A stretch of DNA of 64,000 nt from Pedobacter sp. (GTDB lineage: Bacteria > Desulfobacterota > Desulfuromonadia > Desulfuromonadales > Syntrophotaleaceae), in assembly GCA_050253415.1 (NCBI GenBank), contig JBFWJC010000001.1:776679-840678 (forward strand), written 5' to 3'. Below, piece by piece: positions 52,001 through 62,064 of this stretch. Under the pieces are notes generated by a model that saw only the letters and a list, made by a program, of their open reading frames with translations, did not search any database and had not been told where the DNA came from. The position numbers and the translations under genes were made by a program. The number at the start of each line of letters is the position of its first letter. The stretch's first letter is position 1.

Positions 52001-52732
52001 ATGCCAGGCAACCAAGCAGATACTTTGACCAAATTGTTTCCGGCACATAATCAGGTACAAGAAAGAATCCCTGTAATTTGCGATGAGAGGCGTGGCATCG
52101 CTTCCTTGAGAAAAACAGATGGTCTGGCTGAGCGGGTTTCCTTGAAGTTGGACATTTGCGCCCGAAAAATTCAGTTCATCAAGCTTGATAATCTGTTAGA
52201 CCTTTCCCCTGGCGATATTCCGGAAGATTATCTTTTTTGGCTGAATCTGTGCGCCGCGCATGGAGTCAAGTTGGTAACGCCTGGCAGAGTTTTTGATCCC
52301 AATGAGTATCATGACTGGATACGAATTCTTGAGGATGCCGGGTTCGACTGGGAAGAAATAAACAATCTGAATTGCGAGAGGGCCAGAAAAAAGAATGGAG
52401 AGTCTTCGGGTAGAGGGACGTCTCTGTTTGAAAATCCTCCTGCGCCCTATGTATATGAGGCGAGTCTTGGAGGGATAACGGTCGATTTTGACCAGTTGCG
52501 GCATATGGAAAAAGTATGGGCGTTGGCAGAGCGCCATCCTATTCCGGTTGTATCTGAAAACGCTGGGCTGCCTGTCTCTTTCGTTCGTCGAGCTATTTCA
52601 GTCGAACGGCTTCTTTTTTATCAGGGGCTGTGGCTTGATGCTGCAACCGGAGAATTAAGGAAAGGACACTGGTCGCCAGTAATGAAGGCCGAACAGGCAG
52701 GCCATATTCTTGCTAATCGACAACGATGCTGA
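52001..52732 (+). CDS. Large-serine-recombinase-derived protein lacking catalytic N-terminus and zinc ribbon
   Basis: CAAHGVKLVTPGRVFDP...W, PPAPYVY, VRRAIS..RLLFYQ and HWSPVM..EQ resemble resolvase-C plus recombinase domains; no YxRxS motif; GGGGGAG RBS. Confidence 0.55.
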   Translation: MPGNQADTLTKLFPAHNQVQERIPVICDERRGIASLRKTDGLAERVSLKLDICARKIQFIKLDNLLDLSPGDIPEDYLFWLNLCAAHGVKLVTPGRVFDPNEYHDWIRILEDAGFDWEEINNLNCERARKKNGESSGRGTSLFENPPAPYVYEASLGGITVDFDQLRHMEKVWALAERHPIPVVSENAGLPVSFVRRAISVERLLFYQGLWLDAATGELRKGHWSPVMKAEQAGHILANRQRC

Positions 52733-52833
52733 CACAGGAAAGCGGCCATTTTTCCTGCCAGAAAGTTCTTTTCGGATAAATGCATTGCCCCAAGTTAGTT
52801 ATAAATAAGAATGTTATCTGAATGGAGACTAGG

Positions 52834-52941
52834 ATGGTTGTCTGGAAATGCGAAAAATGCGGATTTGAAAAAGAAGGCCGCTGTAACCCTAAGAAATGCC
52901 CCACCTGCGAGGCCGTCGGGACCTTTGCCAAAAAGGACTGA
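52834..52941 (+). CDS. Second RCKP-type rubredoxin-like peptide (35 aa)
   Basis: MVVWKCEKCGFEKEGRCNPKKCPTCEAVGTFAKKD; all Cys retained. Confidence 0.8.
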   Translation: MVVWKCEKCGFEKEGRCNPKKCPTCEAVGTFAKKD

Positions 52942-52966
52942 TCTTTTCCTCCCCTGAATCCTCTCC

Positions 52967-53005
52967 AAACCATCGGGGCCGGCATGTCGCCGGCCCCGAT
53001 GGTTT
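52967..53005. terminator. Terminator hairpin of the right repeat
   Basis: AAACCATCGGGGCCGGC-ATGTC-GCCGGCCCCGATGGTTT. Confidence 0.8.
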
Positions 53006-53233
53006 ATCTGGTGTCTCTTCCTCAAACCCTCTGCATATTCCGGCAGGATTTTTGAAGCATGGTCATGTGGCAGAGTTGGTGGAATAAAAGACCCTTTTCA
53101 AATTTTACCGCCTGAAAAAAAGAAGCATCTTCTCGGATGACTTGTTACTCGAAATTCTTGCATTGCCCCTGGCAGGTTCAGGTCAGGTAAGGCATGGACC
53201 CATGAGGGTTATGCGAGCAAACCGGATGCTTTT

Positions 53234-53524
53234 TTACATATCCCAATCGGTAAGGCACATGGAAATACCTTGTTCGCGGGCTCTATGGGAGTGGGCCAAT
53301 CCGAGGGCACCATGAGAGTCGTCCTGGGAGTCAATCACGGTGGGAATTTGCTTGAGGGAATGAACCTCCCATTGGTGTTTTTCCGAAAAATTGATCGCTT
53401 TTCTGGTTGCCGTTACGGCGTCTTTGGCGTCCACCCAAAACTGGGCCAAGGCTTTTTTGACTTTTTGACAATTGGATTGTTTCCAATGGGGCGTGACACA
53501 CATGCTGACGTAATACATCTTCAC
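53234..53524 (-). CDS. Hypothetical protein
   Basis: Only sizeable plausible ORF here; GAGG upstream of alternative ATG 53518. Confidence 0.5.
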   Translation of the reverse strand: MKMYYVSMCVTPHWKQSNCQKVKKALAQFWVDAKDAVTATRKAINFSEKHQWEVHSLKQIPTVIDSQDDSHGALGLAHSHRAREQGISMCLTDWDM

Positions 53525-53862
53525 CTCGAACTGTCAAAATTGTAAAAATTTATTTTCTCCCCTGAAGTTTTTACCAAAGATTTGAAATGTTTCAACCGGC
53601 AGGTTGAAGATTTAGCACTACAACATCGCCAGCTATCGACTGGTCTTTGCGGTTATCCCGGAGTGATTTTTTTCGGGGAGGGGGCTGGAAAGGTCAATGT
53701 GACCCACTCGCACGCTCTATCCCTTTTCCCGGGAATAATCTATGCGCAAATAGAAATGGAGAGATCGTTGCTGTATACTGTAGAAGTGGCTGTTTTTGAA
53801 AAGGAATCTAATTTGTATCCAAGTTGCCGGGAATTCGGGTAAGAACCGAAGGAGGCTTGAAA

Positions 53863-54414
53863 ATGAGAATAGATAGAACATTTTTACTGGTTTTAATAAT
53901 GAGTCTTACGCTTTTTGCTCTCCCCTCTTTTACGTTCGCAGCGGACATTGGCTCCAGAGAGTCGAAAATCGCTCGGGCAATGGAGGCTGCCCCTGATTCA
54001 GTTACCCAAAACGCAACATTCGTCGATGTGGACGGCACAGTGTTGAGGGAAGGGACGAACGGTTGGCAGTGTCTACCGGCATCAGCAGTAGGGACGTATC
54101 CCATGTGCATTGACGATGTCTGGATGAGTCTTATGACAGCTGTCGGGAACAAGGCCGAGTTCAAGACCGATAAGGTGGGAATCGCATACATGCTTGCCGG
54201 TGATGACAATATCAATAACAACGACCCCTATGATACCAAACCCGACCCGGGTGAAGTGTGGGTTCAAGAAGGCCCCCACTTAATGATCATTGTGCCGGAC
54301 CTGGGAGCGCTGAAGGGGTTATCGGATGATCCCGACAACGGTGGCCCTTACGTCATGTGGAAAGGGACCCCCTACGCGCATATAATGATTCCCGTAGGTC
54401 CGCGTGAGAATTAA
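53863..54414 (+). CDS. Exported hypothetical protein
   Basis: AAGGAGG RBS; signal peptide; LREGTNGWQC, PMCID, YMLAGD, GPHLMI, GTPYAHIMIPV look like a conserved family. Confidence 0.8.
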   Translation: MRIDRTFLLVLIMSLTLFALPSFTFAADIGSRESKIARAMEAAPDSVTQNATFVDVDGTVLREGTNGWQCLPASAVGTYPMCIDDVWMSLMTAVGNKAEFKTDKVGIAYMLAGDDNINNNDPYDTKPDPGEVWVQEGPHLMIIVPDLGALKGLSDDPDNGGPYVMWKGTPYAHIMIPVGPREN

Positions 54415-54493
54415 ATTTGACGTGGGGCGGAAAATGCTCCAGCAAGCCTCATGGGAAATAGTAGCTAGCGTTCTATTAACCATCACGTTTTAA

Positions 54494-54535
54494 ATATTAA
54501 AAGCCCGCCTGGTTTGCCAGGCGGGCTTTTAATAT
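54494..54535. terminator. Bidirectional terminator
   Basis: ATATTAAAAGCCCGCCTGG-TTTG-CCAGGCGGGCTTTTAATAT. Confidence 0.85.
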
Positions 54536-55012
54536 ATGCCAGGGTTCGTAAGAATCTCGTTCTTATCCTAATATCACCACTAAAATAATGTAGAACAACA
54601 TCTTGGGAACTTCTGACTTCGTGGGATTACACATGTCAGGAGTGTCTAGGAAACCAGGCGCTAAGCAGTCTTTGCGTGCTACACGGTCAAATCCGGGAAA
54701 AACCTTTTTGGAAATGAGATGGGGCGGTTCTATACTGGAGACAGAGCCGGTTATTTTGCCTTTTGCGACTCAGGGCAGATGCTAGTGCGGATTATTAGTT
54801 TGGGACTATTGGACGTTGCAGTCTGTTTCAGGCGATTTCAAAGCCTTGAAAAAGGTTGTTTTTTTACGGGTCGACGTGTCCCGCGAGGAAAGCCAAGTTG
54901 CCAAGATTAAAAGAAATTCTCGGTTTTTCTGGCGACTTTCGTGTAATCTGTGGTGAGTGATTTCAGATGCTGAAGTCAAACTTTTTAAAATAGTAATCCA
55001 GGAGTCTGCTTC

Positions 55013-55846
55013 ATGCATAAAATCATCGTTCATCCGGGTAATGCACATAGAGACGACTTTATGGCTGTGAGCATTTTGCTTGCAACCCTCGATAAAGCCG
55101 AAGTTTTTCGCCGTGATCCCACCGGTGAGGATCTTGCCGATCCAGGCACCTATGTGGTCGATGTCGGCATGGAGCTCGATCCGCAAAGGCATAACTTCGA
55201 TCATCACCAGGATAAGACCCTTCCCTGTGCCTTTCACCTGGTCATGCAGCATCTCGGCTACCATGAAGACGCCGTGTCGATGTTCGGATGGTATCCCTTC
55301 ATGAGCATGATGGATGTCAGGGGGCCTCACAAGACCGCCGAGCATTTCGGTGTCGATGCCAGCGTCCTGCTTGCATCATCGTCACCGATCGACGGCTATA
55401 TCCTTTCCCGGTTTTCCAAACTCACGGTATTGCGGGAGCACGATCTCCTTTATGACTTCATGAAGGAAATGGGGCAGGATATGCTTGACCTGATCGGCCT
55501 CAAGAAACAGCGGCTCGAACGTTTGAAGCAGGAAGCCATCGTTGTCCCGGTAAAACATGTCAAGGCTGTCGTGTGCCATATCGAGGATAACCCCAAGCTG
55601 TCCATGGAGCTCTATCTGCGCGATCTCCAGGATGACAGGATCGTGATATGCATCACCCATTCGGTGCGCGGTGAGGGCTGGGAGCTTTTGCGTCTTGGCG
55701 ATAGCAGCCTCGTGGACTTCCGGGCCATCAAGGATCATCCGGAGATTCGTTTTGTTCATTCCAACGGCTTTGTCGCGACAACGCGTACCCTGATTCCATT
55801 GGAAGAGGCCATCGCGTTTGCGGCCCGCTCCCTGACCGGGATCTAA
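55013..55846 (+). CDS. MYG1-family (DHH-like) nuclease/hydrolase
   Basis: [30 protein letters not shown]. Confidence 0.8.
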   Translation: MHKIIVHPGNAHRDDFMAVSILLATLDKAEVFRRDPTGEDLADPGTYVVDVGMELDPQRHNFDHHQDKTLPCAFHLVMQHLGYHEDAVSMFGWYPFMSMMDVRGPHKTAEHFGVDASVLLASSSPIDGYILSRFSKLTVLREHDLLYDFMKEMGQDMLDLIGLKKQRLERLKQEAIVVPVKHVKAVVCHIEDNPKLSMELYLRDLQDDRIVICITHSVRGEGWELLRLGDSSLVDFRAIKDHPEIRFVHSNGFVATTRTLIPLEEAIAFAARSLTGI

Positions 55847-55904
55847 GAGCTCGCGCAAAGCCAGTCGGGCACGTCGTGCATCAGGTCTCCGGGGGGAGGC
55901 AGGT

Positions 55905-57446
55905 ATGAAAAGCAATCGAAACGAGACATCCATGCCCACTGAGGACATCCTGCTGTTGGTGGCCATCCTCCCGGCGGAACTGCAGGCGACCCTCTTTCGG
56001 CTGGAGTTGGAAAAACTTCTTGAAGTGGTGATGGATTTGGGGCGTCCACCCGAGGCGCGTTTTCCGGATGGGGTGGTGCGGCTTTCCGACAAGCCGGTCC
56101 ATCAGGACGATCTGGCCCATGTGATAGCCCAGGTAGGGGATTTCGGTGGAGATAACCGCGCCGGCATCGAACGAACCTTGCACCGTATCTCGGCCATCCG
56201 CAATCGCAAGGGGCAAATTATCGGTCTGACCTTGCGTATCGGGCGGGCGGTCATCGGTGGCATCGAACTGATGCGGGACCTGATCGAAACCGGTCAGAGT
56301 CTGCTGATTCTGGGGCGGCCGGGGGTCGGTAAAACCACCAAACTGCGGGAAATGGCCCGGGTTCTGGCAGACGATCTGCACAAGCGCGTCATCATCGTCG
56401 ATACCTCCAACGAAATCGCCGGCGATGGCGATATCCCCCATCCGGGGATCGGCAACGCCCGGCGGATGCAGGTCTCCCAGGTCGAGCGCCAGCATGCGGT
56501 GATGATCGAGGCGGTAGAGAATCACATGCCCGAGGTCATTATCGTCGATGAAATCGGCACCGAAGCCGAGGCGGTGGCCGCCCGCACCATCGCCGAGCGG
56601 GGAGTACAGCTCATCGGCACCGCCCATGGCAATACGCTGGAAAACCTGGTTAAAAACCCCACCCTGTCTGATCTGGTCGGGGGGGTGCAAGTGGTGACGC
56701 TGAGCGACGACGAGGCTCGCCGGCGGCGAACCACCAAGACCGTCAGCGAGCGTCGCGCGGCGCCTACCTTCGATATCGTGGTGGAAATGGTGGACCGGGA
56801 TGAGCTTATCGTTCACCCCGATACCGCTTCGGCCGTCGATATGCTGCTGCGTGGCAGGGCGCCGCGCGGTGAGCATCGCGAACAGGCCGCCAACGGTCAG
56901 ATCCATGTGCAAGTGCCCGAGGAAGAGCCGTTGCGAATACCGGTTCCCAGTTATCCCACGGCAGAACCGGCACCCCGAGGTCCGGTTCGTATCTATCCCT
57001 ACGCACTCTCCCGGGATCTTTTGGAACGGGTGATTCGCGGCCTGGGTCTTAATGCCCGCAGCGTCAGTCGGGCGGAGCAGGCCGACCTGGTCATTGCCCT
57101 GCGCAGTCGCAGCGATGAGCCGCGCTTGCGCAAGGAGATGGAGGACAGCGATGCCATCATTCATTTCATCAAGCGCAATACCGCCAACGAAATCCGGCGT
57201 CTGCTGCAGCGCACCTTTCATGTCATGGAAGGAAGTGAGGCGGACGAGGTACAGGAAATGGTGATGGAAACGCAGGCAGCTATCCGTCTTGTGCTGGAAG
57301 AGGGGGAGGAAGTGGCCCTGTCTCCGCGCCGCCCGGCCCTGCGCAAAATGCAGCACCGCATGATAGCAGGTCATGGCCTTTTGGCGGAGAGCACGGGCCG
57401 AGAGCCGCAGCGCCACCTGGTTATTCGTCCCGCCTCGCACCCGTAA
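55905..57446 (+). CDS. SpoIIIAA/Ycf45-like AAA ATPase with C-terminal R3H domain
   Basis: [42 protein letters not shown]3[10 protein letters not shown]. Confidence 0.9.
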   Translation: MKSNRNETSMPTEDILLLVAILPAELQATLFRLELEKLLEVVMDLGRPPEARFPDGVVRLSDKPVHQDDLAHVIAQVGDFGGDNRAGIERTLHRISAIRNRKGQIIGLTLRIGRAVIGGIELMRDLIETGQSLLILGRPGVGKTTKLREMARVLADDLHKRVIIVDTSNEIAGDGDIPHPGIGNARRMQVSQVERQHAVMIEAVENHMPEVIIVDEIGTEAEAVAARTIAERGVQLIGTAHGNTLENLVKNPTLSDLVGGVQVVTLSDDEARRRRTTKTVSERRAAPTFDIVVEMVDRDELIVHPDTASAVDMLLRGRAPRGEHREQAANGQIHVQVPEEEPLRIPVPSYPTAEPAPRGPVRIYPYALSRDLLERVIRGLGLNARSVSRAEQADLVIALRSRSDEPRLRKEMEDSDAIIHFIKRNTANEIRRLLQRTFHVMEGSEADEVQEMVMETQAAIRLVLEEGEEVALSPRRPALRKMQHRMIAGHGLLAESTGREPQRHLVIRPASHP

Positions 57447-57498
57447 TATTGGAGGTGGACATGGCTTGTGAAGAGATATCCGAGAGGGGGCAACCTGG

Positions 57499-58869
57499 AT
57501 GATCGATGCCGTAGTGACGTATTTGCAGGATCACCACGCACGCTTTGTGGAGGAGCTGGCAAGCTGGTTGCGGATCCCGAGCATCAGCACCTACCCCGAG
57601 CAGGCGACAGAAGTGCGGCGGGCCGCAACCTGGGCTCACGAAAAACTTGTCGCTATCGGCTTTCCGGTGGTTGAGACCATTACCACCGCCGGTCATCCGC
57701 TGGTGTATGCCGAATGGCTGGCTCACCCCGACCAACCGACCCTGTTGGCGTACGGGCACTACGATGTGCAACCGGCCGAGCCGCTGGACGAGTGGCTCAG
57801 CCCGCCCTTTGAACCGGCCATCCGCAATGGCAATATGTATGCCCGTGGCGCCGTGGATGACAAGGGGCAGGTCATGCTGGTGCTGGCGGCCCTGGAGGCC
57901 TGGGTCAAGACCACCGGAGGTTTGCCGATCAACGTAAAAGTCCTTCTGGAAGGGGAGGAGGAGGTTGGCGGCGAAGCCATCGACACCTATGTGCAGACCC
58001 ATTCCGCCAGGCTCAAGGCTGATGCCGCGCTGATCTGCGACACCCACATGATCAGTGAGCGGCAACCTTCGCTGGTCACCGGCCTGCGCGGGGTGCTGTA
58101 TACCGAAGTCGCCATGCATGGCGCCCGTAGCGATCTGCATTCCGGAAGTTTCGGCGGTGTGGCACCCAACCCTGTTCACGCCCTGTGCGTGTTGATCAGT
58201 CGCTTGAAAGACGCCGATGGCGTGATCCATATCCCCGAGCTTAACGCGGCCTTGCAAGCTCCACCGAGCGTGGAAAAACAATTCTGGGATGACGATCCGC
58301 TGGACCTGACGGGACTTCTGCTCCGGGAGATGGGTGTGGATGAACTGGTGGGTGAGTCGGCCTATCCCCCGCTGGAGCGCCTTTGGGCGCGGCCGACCCT
58401 GGAGGTCCATGGGATACGCGGCGGATTTACCGGCGAGGGTGCCAAGACCGTCATCCCGGCTTCTGCTCTGGCCAAGATCAGTCTGCGGCTGCCGGCAGGG
58501 TTGCAACCGGAGGAGGTGTTTGCGTGGTTTGAAAAAGCGGTGCGTGCATACACCCCGGCGGGTTACCGTGTCACCGTCACTATGCTGAGTGCCGGTGAAG
58601 GCCTGCTGGTGTCGCCGGATAACCTTTTTATCCGGGCTGCTGCTTCGGCACTTGAATCCGCCTACGGGGTGCCACCCGTATTCACGCGGGAGGGAGGTTC
58701 CATCCCCGTTGCTGCCCTGTTTGACCAGATCCTGCAGCTGCCCGTAGTGCTGATGGGCTTTGGCCTGCCGGATGACGGTCTCCATGCGCCGAATGAAAAA
58801 TTCAGTCTCGCCCAGTTCACCAAGGGGATGGCCACGGTAGCCGACTTTTTAGGGAGGCTGCAGCGTTAG
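57499..58869 (+). CDS. M20-family dipeptidase
   Basis: YGHYDVQP, ARGAVDDKGQ, EGEEE, DLHSG, GGSIP, LHAPNE. Confidence 0.93.
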   Translation: MIDAVVTYLQDHHARFVEELASWLRIPSISTYPEQATEVRRAATWAHEKLVAIGFPVVETITTAGHPLVYAEWLAHPDQPTLLAYGHYDVQPAEPLDEWLSPPFEPAIRNGNMYARGAVDDKGQVMLVLAALEAWVKTTGGLPINVKVLLEGEEEVGGEAIDTYVQTHSARLKADAALICDTHMISERQPSLVTGLRGVLYTEVAMHGARSDLHSGSFGGVAPNPVHALCVLISRLKDADGVIHIPELNAALQAPPSVEKQFWDDDPLDLTGLLLREMGVDELVGESAYPPLERLWARPTLEVHGIRGGFTGEGAKTVIPASALAKISLRLPAGLQPEEVFAWFEKAVRAYTPAGYRVTVTMLSAGEGLLVSPDNLFIRAAASALESAYGVPPVFTREGGSIPVAALFDQILQLPVVLMGFGLPDDGLHAPNEKFSLAQFTKGMATVADFLGRLQR

Positions 58870-58905
58870 TGCCATGCTGTTAACTCATCCAGGAGATGTG
58901 GTGCC

Positions 58906-59667
58906 ATGCCTTCGTGTGTGTTTATTGACCTGAGTGGTACGCTGCATGTTGGTCGCCAGCCTTTGCCGGGCGCCATCGAGGCTGTCGCTCGCCTGCGCCG
59001 GGAGGGTTTCCGGGTGCGTTTTGTCAGCAATACGTCGAGCAAGGGGCGGCGCCGTTTGCTGGCGGTGTTGCAGGAGATCGGTTTTGATATCGCCTATGAC
59101 GAATTGTTTACCGCGCCGCTGGTGGTGCACCGCTATCTGCAGCGGCACAAACTAAAGCCCTATCTGCTGGTGCATCCGGATCTGATGGAAGAGTTTGCCG
59201 ACCTGCCGCAACAGGACCCCGATGCGGTGGTGGTCGGTTGCGCTCTGGATCACTTCACCTACGCCAATCTGAACCGGGCTTTCCAGTTACTCAAACGGGG
59301 AGCTCGTCTCATTGCCACGGGGCGTACCGCCTGTTTTGAAGGGCGTGACGGACTGCAGCTCGATGCCGGCCCGTTTGTTGCGGCCCTGGAATATGCGGCA
59401 GGAACCGAGGCCTTGGTATTGGGCAAGCCGTCGCCCGGATTTTTCGAAGCGGCCGGGGAGGAGTTCAGCTGCCCCGGAGACCGGATCACCATGATCGGCG
59501 ACGATGCAGCCTCCGATGTTGGAGGCGCCATGGAGGCCGGTATGCGCGGCATTCTGGTGCAGACAGGCAAATACCGCGCGGGGGACGAAGCCAAAATCGG
59601 GCGGCCTGGCGCCATCGTCGTGCCGGATATGGCCGCCGCAGTGGACAGGATTTTGTCGGGGGATTGA
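58906..59667 (+). CDS. HAD-IIA hydrolase (HDHD2/LHPP-like)
   Basis: DLSGTL, SNT, GKPS, MIGDD, LVQTGKY. Confidence 0.9.
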   Translation: MPSCVFIDLSGTLHVGRQPLPGAIEAVARLRREGFRVRFVSNTSSKGRRRLLAVLQEIGFDIAYDELFTAPLVVHRYLQRHKLKPYLLVHPDLMEEFADLPQQDPDAVVVGCALDHFTYANLNRAFQLLKRGARLIATGRTACFEGRDGLQLDAGPFVAALEYAAGTEALVLGKPSPGFFEAAGEEFSCPGDRITMIGDDAASDVGGAMEAGMRGILVQTGKYRAGDEAKIGRPGAIVVPDMAAAVDRILSGD

Positions 59668-59713
59668 GAACGACTCTATTGGGCTCTATTGGGTACCAAG
59701 TAGATTCGGATTT

Positions 59714-59835
59714 TTTACCACGAAGGTCACGAAGAGCACGAAGAAAAGCTCAAATAAACCAGGCTCTATGTTTTTTAGTCGCCAAATCATGGCCTTTGAT
59801 CTTCCTTCGTGTCCTTCGTTCTCTTCGTGGTAGAA
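59714..59835. repeat. Palindromic element with 9-bp periodic arms
   Basis: TACCACGAAGGTCACGAAGAGCACGAAG ... CTTCGTGTCCTTCGTTCTCTTCGTGGTA. Confidence 0.75.
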
Positions 59836-59917
59836 TGCGTATCCCCCGTTTTTGCCAAACAATGGAGCAAAGTGCATAATCACAATGCTCTTTTTTTAAA
59901 AGGAATTGGAGTATCGC

Positions 59918-61111
59918 ATGAGCCAGGCCGTACCATTATCCGAACTGCAAAACCGCATGACACGCTTTCGTGCCCGCATGGATGCCGCCTGCCCGCAATG
60001 GGAGTTGGTGTCCCTGTTCGGAAGGATCAACCAATATTATTTCACCGGCACCATGCAGGACGGTGTTCTGCTGATTCCCCGCGATGCCGAAGCGGTTTAC
60101 TGGGTACGGCGCAGTTTTGAGCGGGCCAAGGATGAATCGCTGTTCCCGCGCATCGAACCGATGAACAGTTTTCGCGATGCTGCGCAAGCCATGGGGCGTA
60201 TCCCCACCCAGCTTTACCTGGAGACCGAGCTTGTACCTCTGGCCCTGTTGCAGCGTTTCCAGAAGTATTTCCCCGTGTCCGAATGCAAGTCGGTCGATCT
60301 GCAGATCGCTGCAGTGCGGGCCGTCAAAAGCCCGTTTGAGCTGGAGGTTATGCGACGTTCCGGTGAGGTGCATCGCCGGATTCTTGAGGAGCGCTTGCCG
60401 GGCATGTTGCGCGAAGGGATGAACGAAGCGCAACTGGCTGCCGAGCTGTATCCGGTGATGGTCGAGGAAGGCCATCAGGGGGTGGCCCGGTTCGGCATGT
60501 TCCAGACGGAAATCGCCCTGGGGCATATCTGCTTTGGCCCGAGTTCCATCTATCCGACCTCGTTTGACGGCCCCGGCGGTAATTTCGGGATGGGGCCAGC
60601 CGCGCCGGTGCTGGGCAGCCGCGAACATACCCTTAAAAAGGGCGATCTGGTGTTTGTCGATATCGGTTGCGGGGTCGAAGGCTACCATACCGACAAGACC
60701 ATGACTTATATGTTCGGTGTACCCTTACCCAAAGAGATTGTCGCAGCGCATGAACAGTGCGTGGGCATTCAGAATCAGGTGGCCGAGCAGTTGCGGCCCG
60801 GCGCTGTTCCTTCGGAGATTTATCAGACCACCATGGCCACCCTTAACTCCGATTTCCTGCGTAATTTCATGGGTTTCGGCACACGTCAGGCGCGGTTTCT
60901 CGGCCATGGTATCGGCCTGCTCATCGATGAGTTGCCGGTGATCGCCAAGGGGTTCGACGAACCGCTGCAGGAAAACATGGTGTTTGCCCTGGAGCCGAAA
61001 AAAGGCATCGAACATGTCGGCATGGTCGGCATCGAGAATACCTTTATCGTGACCCCCGATGGTGGTTGCTGCATCACAGGGGATCATCCGGGCCTCATGC
61101 CGGTATATTGA
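59918..61111 (+). CDS. M24 Xaa-Pro peptidase
   Basis: [34 protein letters not shown]. Confidence 0.92.
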   Translation: MSQAVPLSELQNRMTRFRARMDAACPQWELVSLFGRINQYYFTGTMQDGVLLIPRDAEAVYWVRRSFERAKDESLFPRIEPMNSFRDAAQAMGRIPTQLYLETELVPLALLQRFQKYFPVSECKSVDLQIAAVRAVKSPFELEVMRRSGEVHRRILEERLPGMLREGMNEAQLAAELYPVMVEEGHQGVARFGMFQTEIALGHICFGPSSIYPTSFDGPGGNFGMGPAAPVLGSREHTLKKGDLVFVDIGCGVEGYHTDKTMTYMFGVPLPKEIVAAHEQCVGIQNQVAEQLRPGAVPSEIYQTTMATLNSDFLRNFMGFGTRQARFLGHGIGLLIDELPVIAKGFDEPLQENMVFALEPKKGIEHVGMVGIENTFIVTPDGGCCITGDHPGLMPVY

Positions 61112-61142
61112 AAAAATATCTTTACCAGGAGTACGGAAACAG

Positions 61143-61781
61143 GTGTCAGGATTGCTGAATCATAACGGGATTGTCGTGCTGGACTTCGAGACCAGTGGCA
61201 TGTCGCCCTTGCAGGGCGACCGGGCCATCGAGATCGGCGCGGTGCGGATTGTCGAAGGGAAAATAGTCGACCGGTTTCAGAGTCTGATGAATCCGGGGTG
61301 CCGCATCAGTGGCTTTATCGAGGCCTATACCGGTATCAGCAATGCCATGGTGCAGGCCGCGCCGCCCGCGGCTGAGGTGATGGCCGCGTTTGATGACTTC
61401 ACCGGTGACGATCCGCTGGTTGCTCACAACGCCTCCTTTGATCGCCGGTTTCTCGATGCCGAATTGCAACGTATCGACCGGTGCCGCCGCCAGGACTTTG
61501 CCTGTTCCCTGCTGGTGGCACGCCGTGTCTATCCCGAGGCGCCCAATCATAAACTGGCTACCCTGGTGGCCTATAAGGACTTGCCTACCGACGGCTGTTT
61601 TCACCGCGCACTGGCCGATGCCGAGATGACCGCGCATCTGTGGCTGCGCATGGTGAAGGATCTGCGGGATATCTATGGTTTTACGGAGGTTCCTTTTGCT
61701 TTGATGGGGGCTTTGGCGAGGCAGAAAAAACATCGCGTGGATGGGTATTTGCGGGATCAGGCTATGCTGAGAGGAGTGTAG
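61143..61781 (+). CDS. DEDDh 3'-5' exonuclease (DnaQ/epsilon-like)
   Basis: VLDFETSG, AHNASFD, HRALADA; GTG start after AGGAG (start uncertain). Confidence 0.88.
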   Translation: MSGLLNHNGIVVLDFETSGMSPLQGDRAIEIGAVRIVEGKIVDRFQSLMNPGCRISGFIEAYTGISNAMVQAAPPAAEVMAAFDDFTGDDPLVAHNASFDRRFLDAELQRIDRCRRQDFACSLLVARRVYPEAPNHKLATLVAYKDLPTDGCFHRALADAEMTAHLWLRMVKDLRDIYGFTEVPFALMGALARQKKHRVDGYLRDQAMLRGV

Positions 61782-61959
61782 ATTTCCATTTCCAGCTATC
61801 AGTATTAAATCCAAGACCGCGGGGTTGCGCCCCCGCTAGGCGTGCGGAGAAGATTCGCTGCGCTCGGTCCTCCGCCTGTTTCGCCCGTCGATTGCTCCGC
61901 TCCGGCAGCGTCACAGGGACCCCCACCACACCTTAAACCTTCAACTTCTCAACTCCCTA

Positions 61960-62064
61960 CTTGCAGCTTGCAGCTTGCAGCTTGCAGCTTGCAGCTTGCA
62001 GCTTGCAGCTTACAGCTTACAGCTTACAGCTTACAGCTTACAGCTTACAGCTTACAGCTTACAG
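61960..62064. repeat. Heptamer tandem repeat (CTTGCAG)7(CTTACAG)8
   Basis: Counted directly; last unit supplies the TAA stop of the flavodoxin-family gene. Confidence 0.97.

Larger units (their letters stand above)
47307..52743. mobile_element. Putative degenerate integrative island between direct repeats
   Basis: Visibly AT-richer than the flanks, bounded by 265 bp direct repeats, recombinase-like ORF abutting the right repeat. Confidence 0.55.
52744..53010. repeat. ~265 bp direct repeat, right copy
   Basis: Diverged copy of 47042-47306. Confidence 0.92.
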
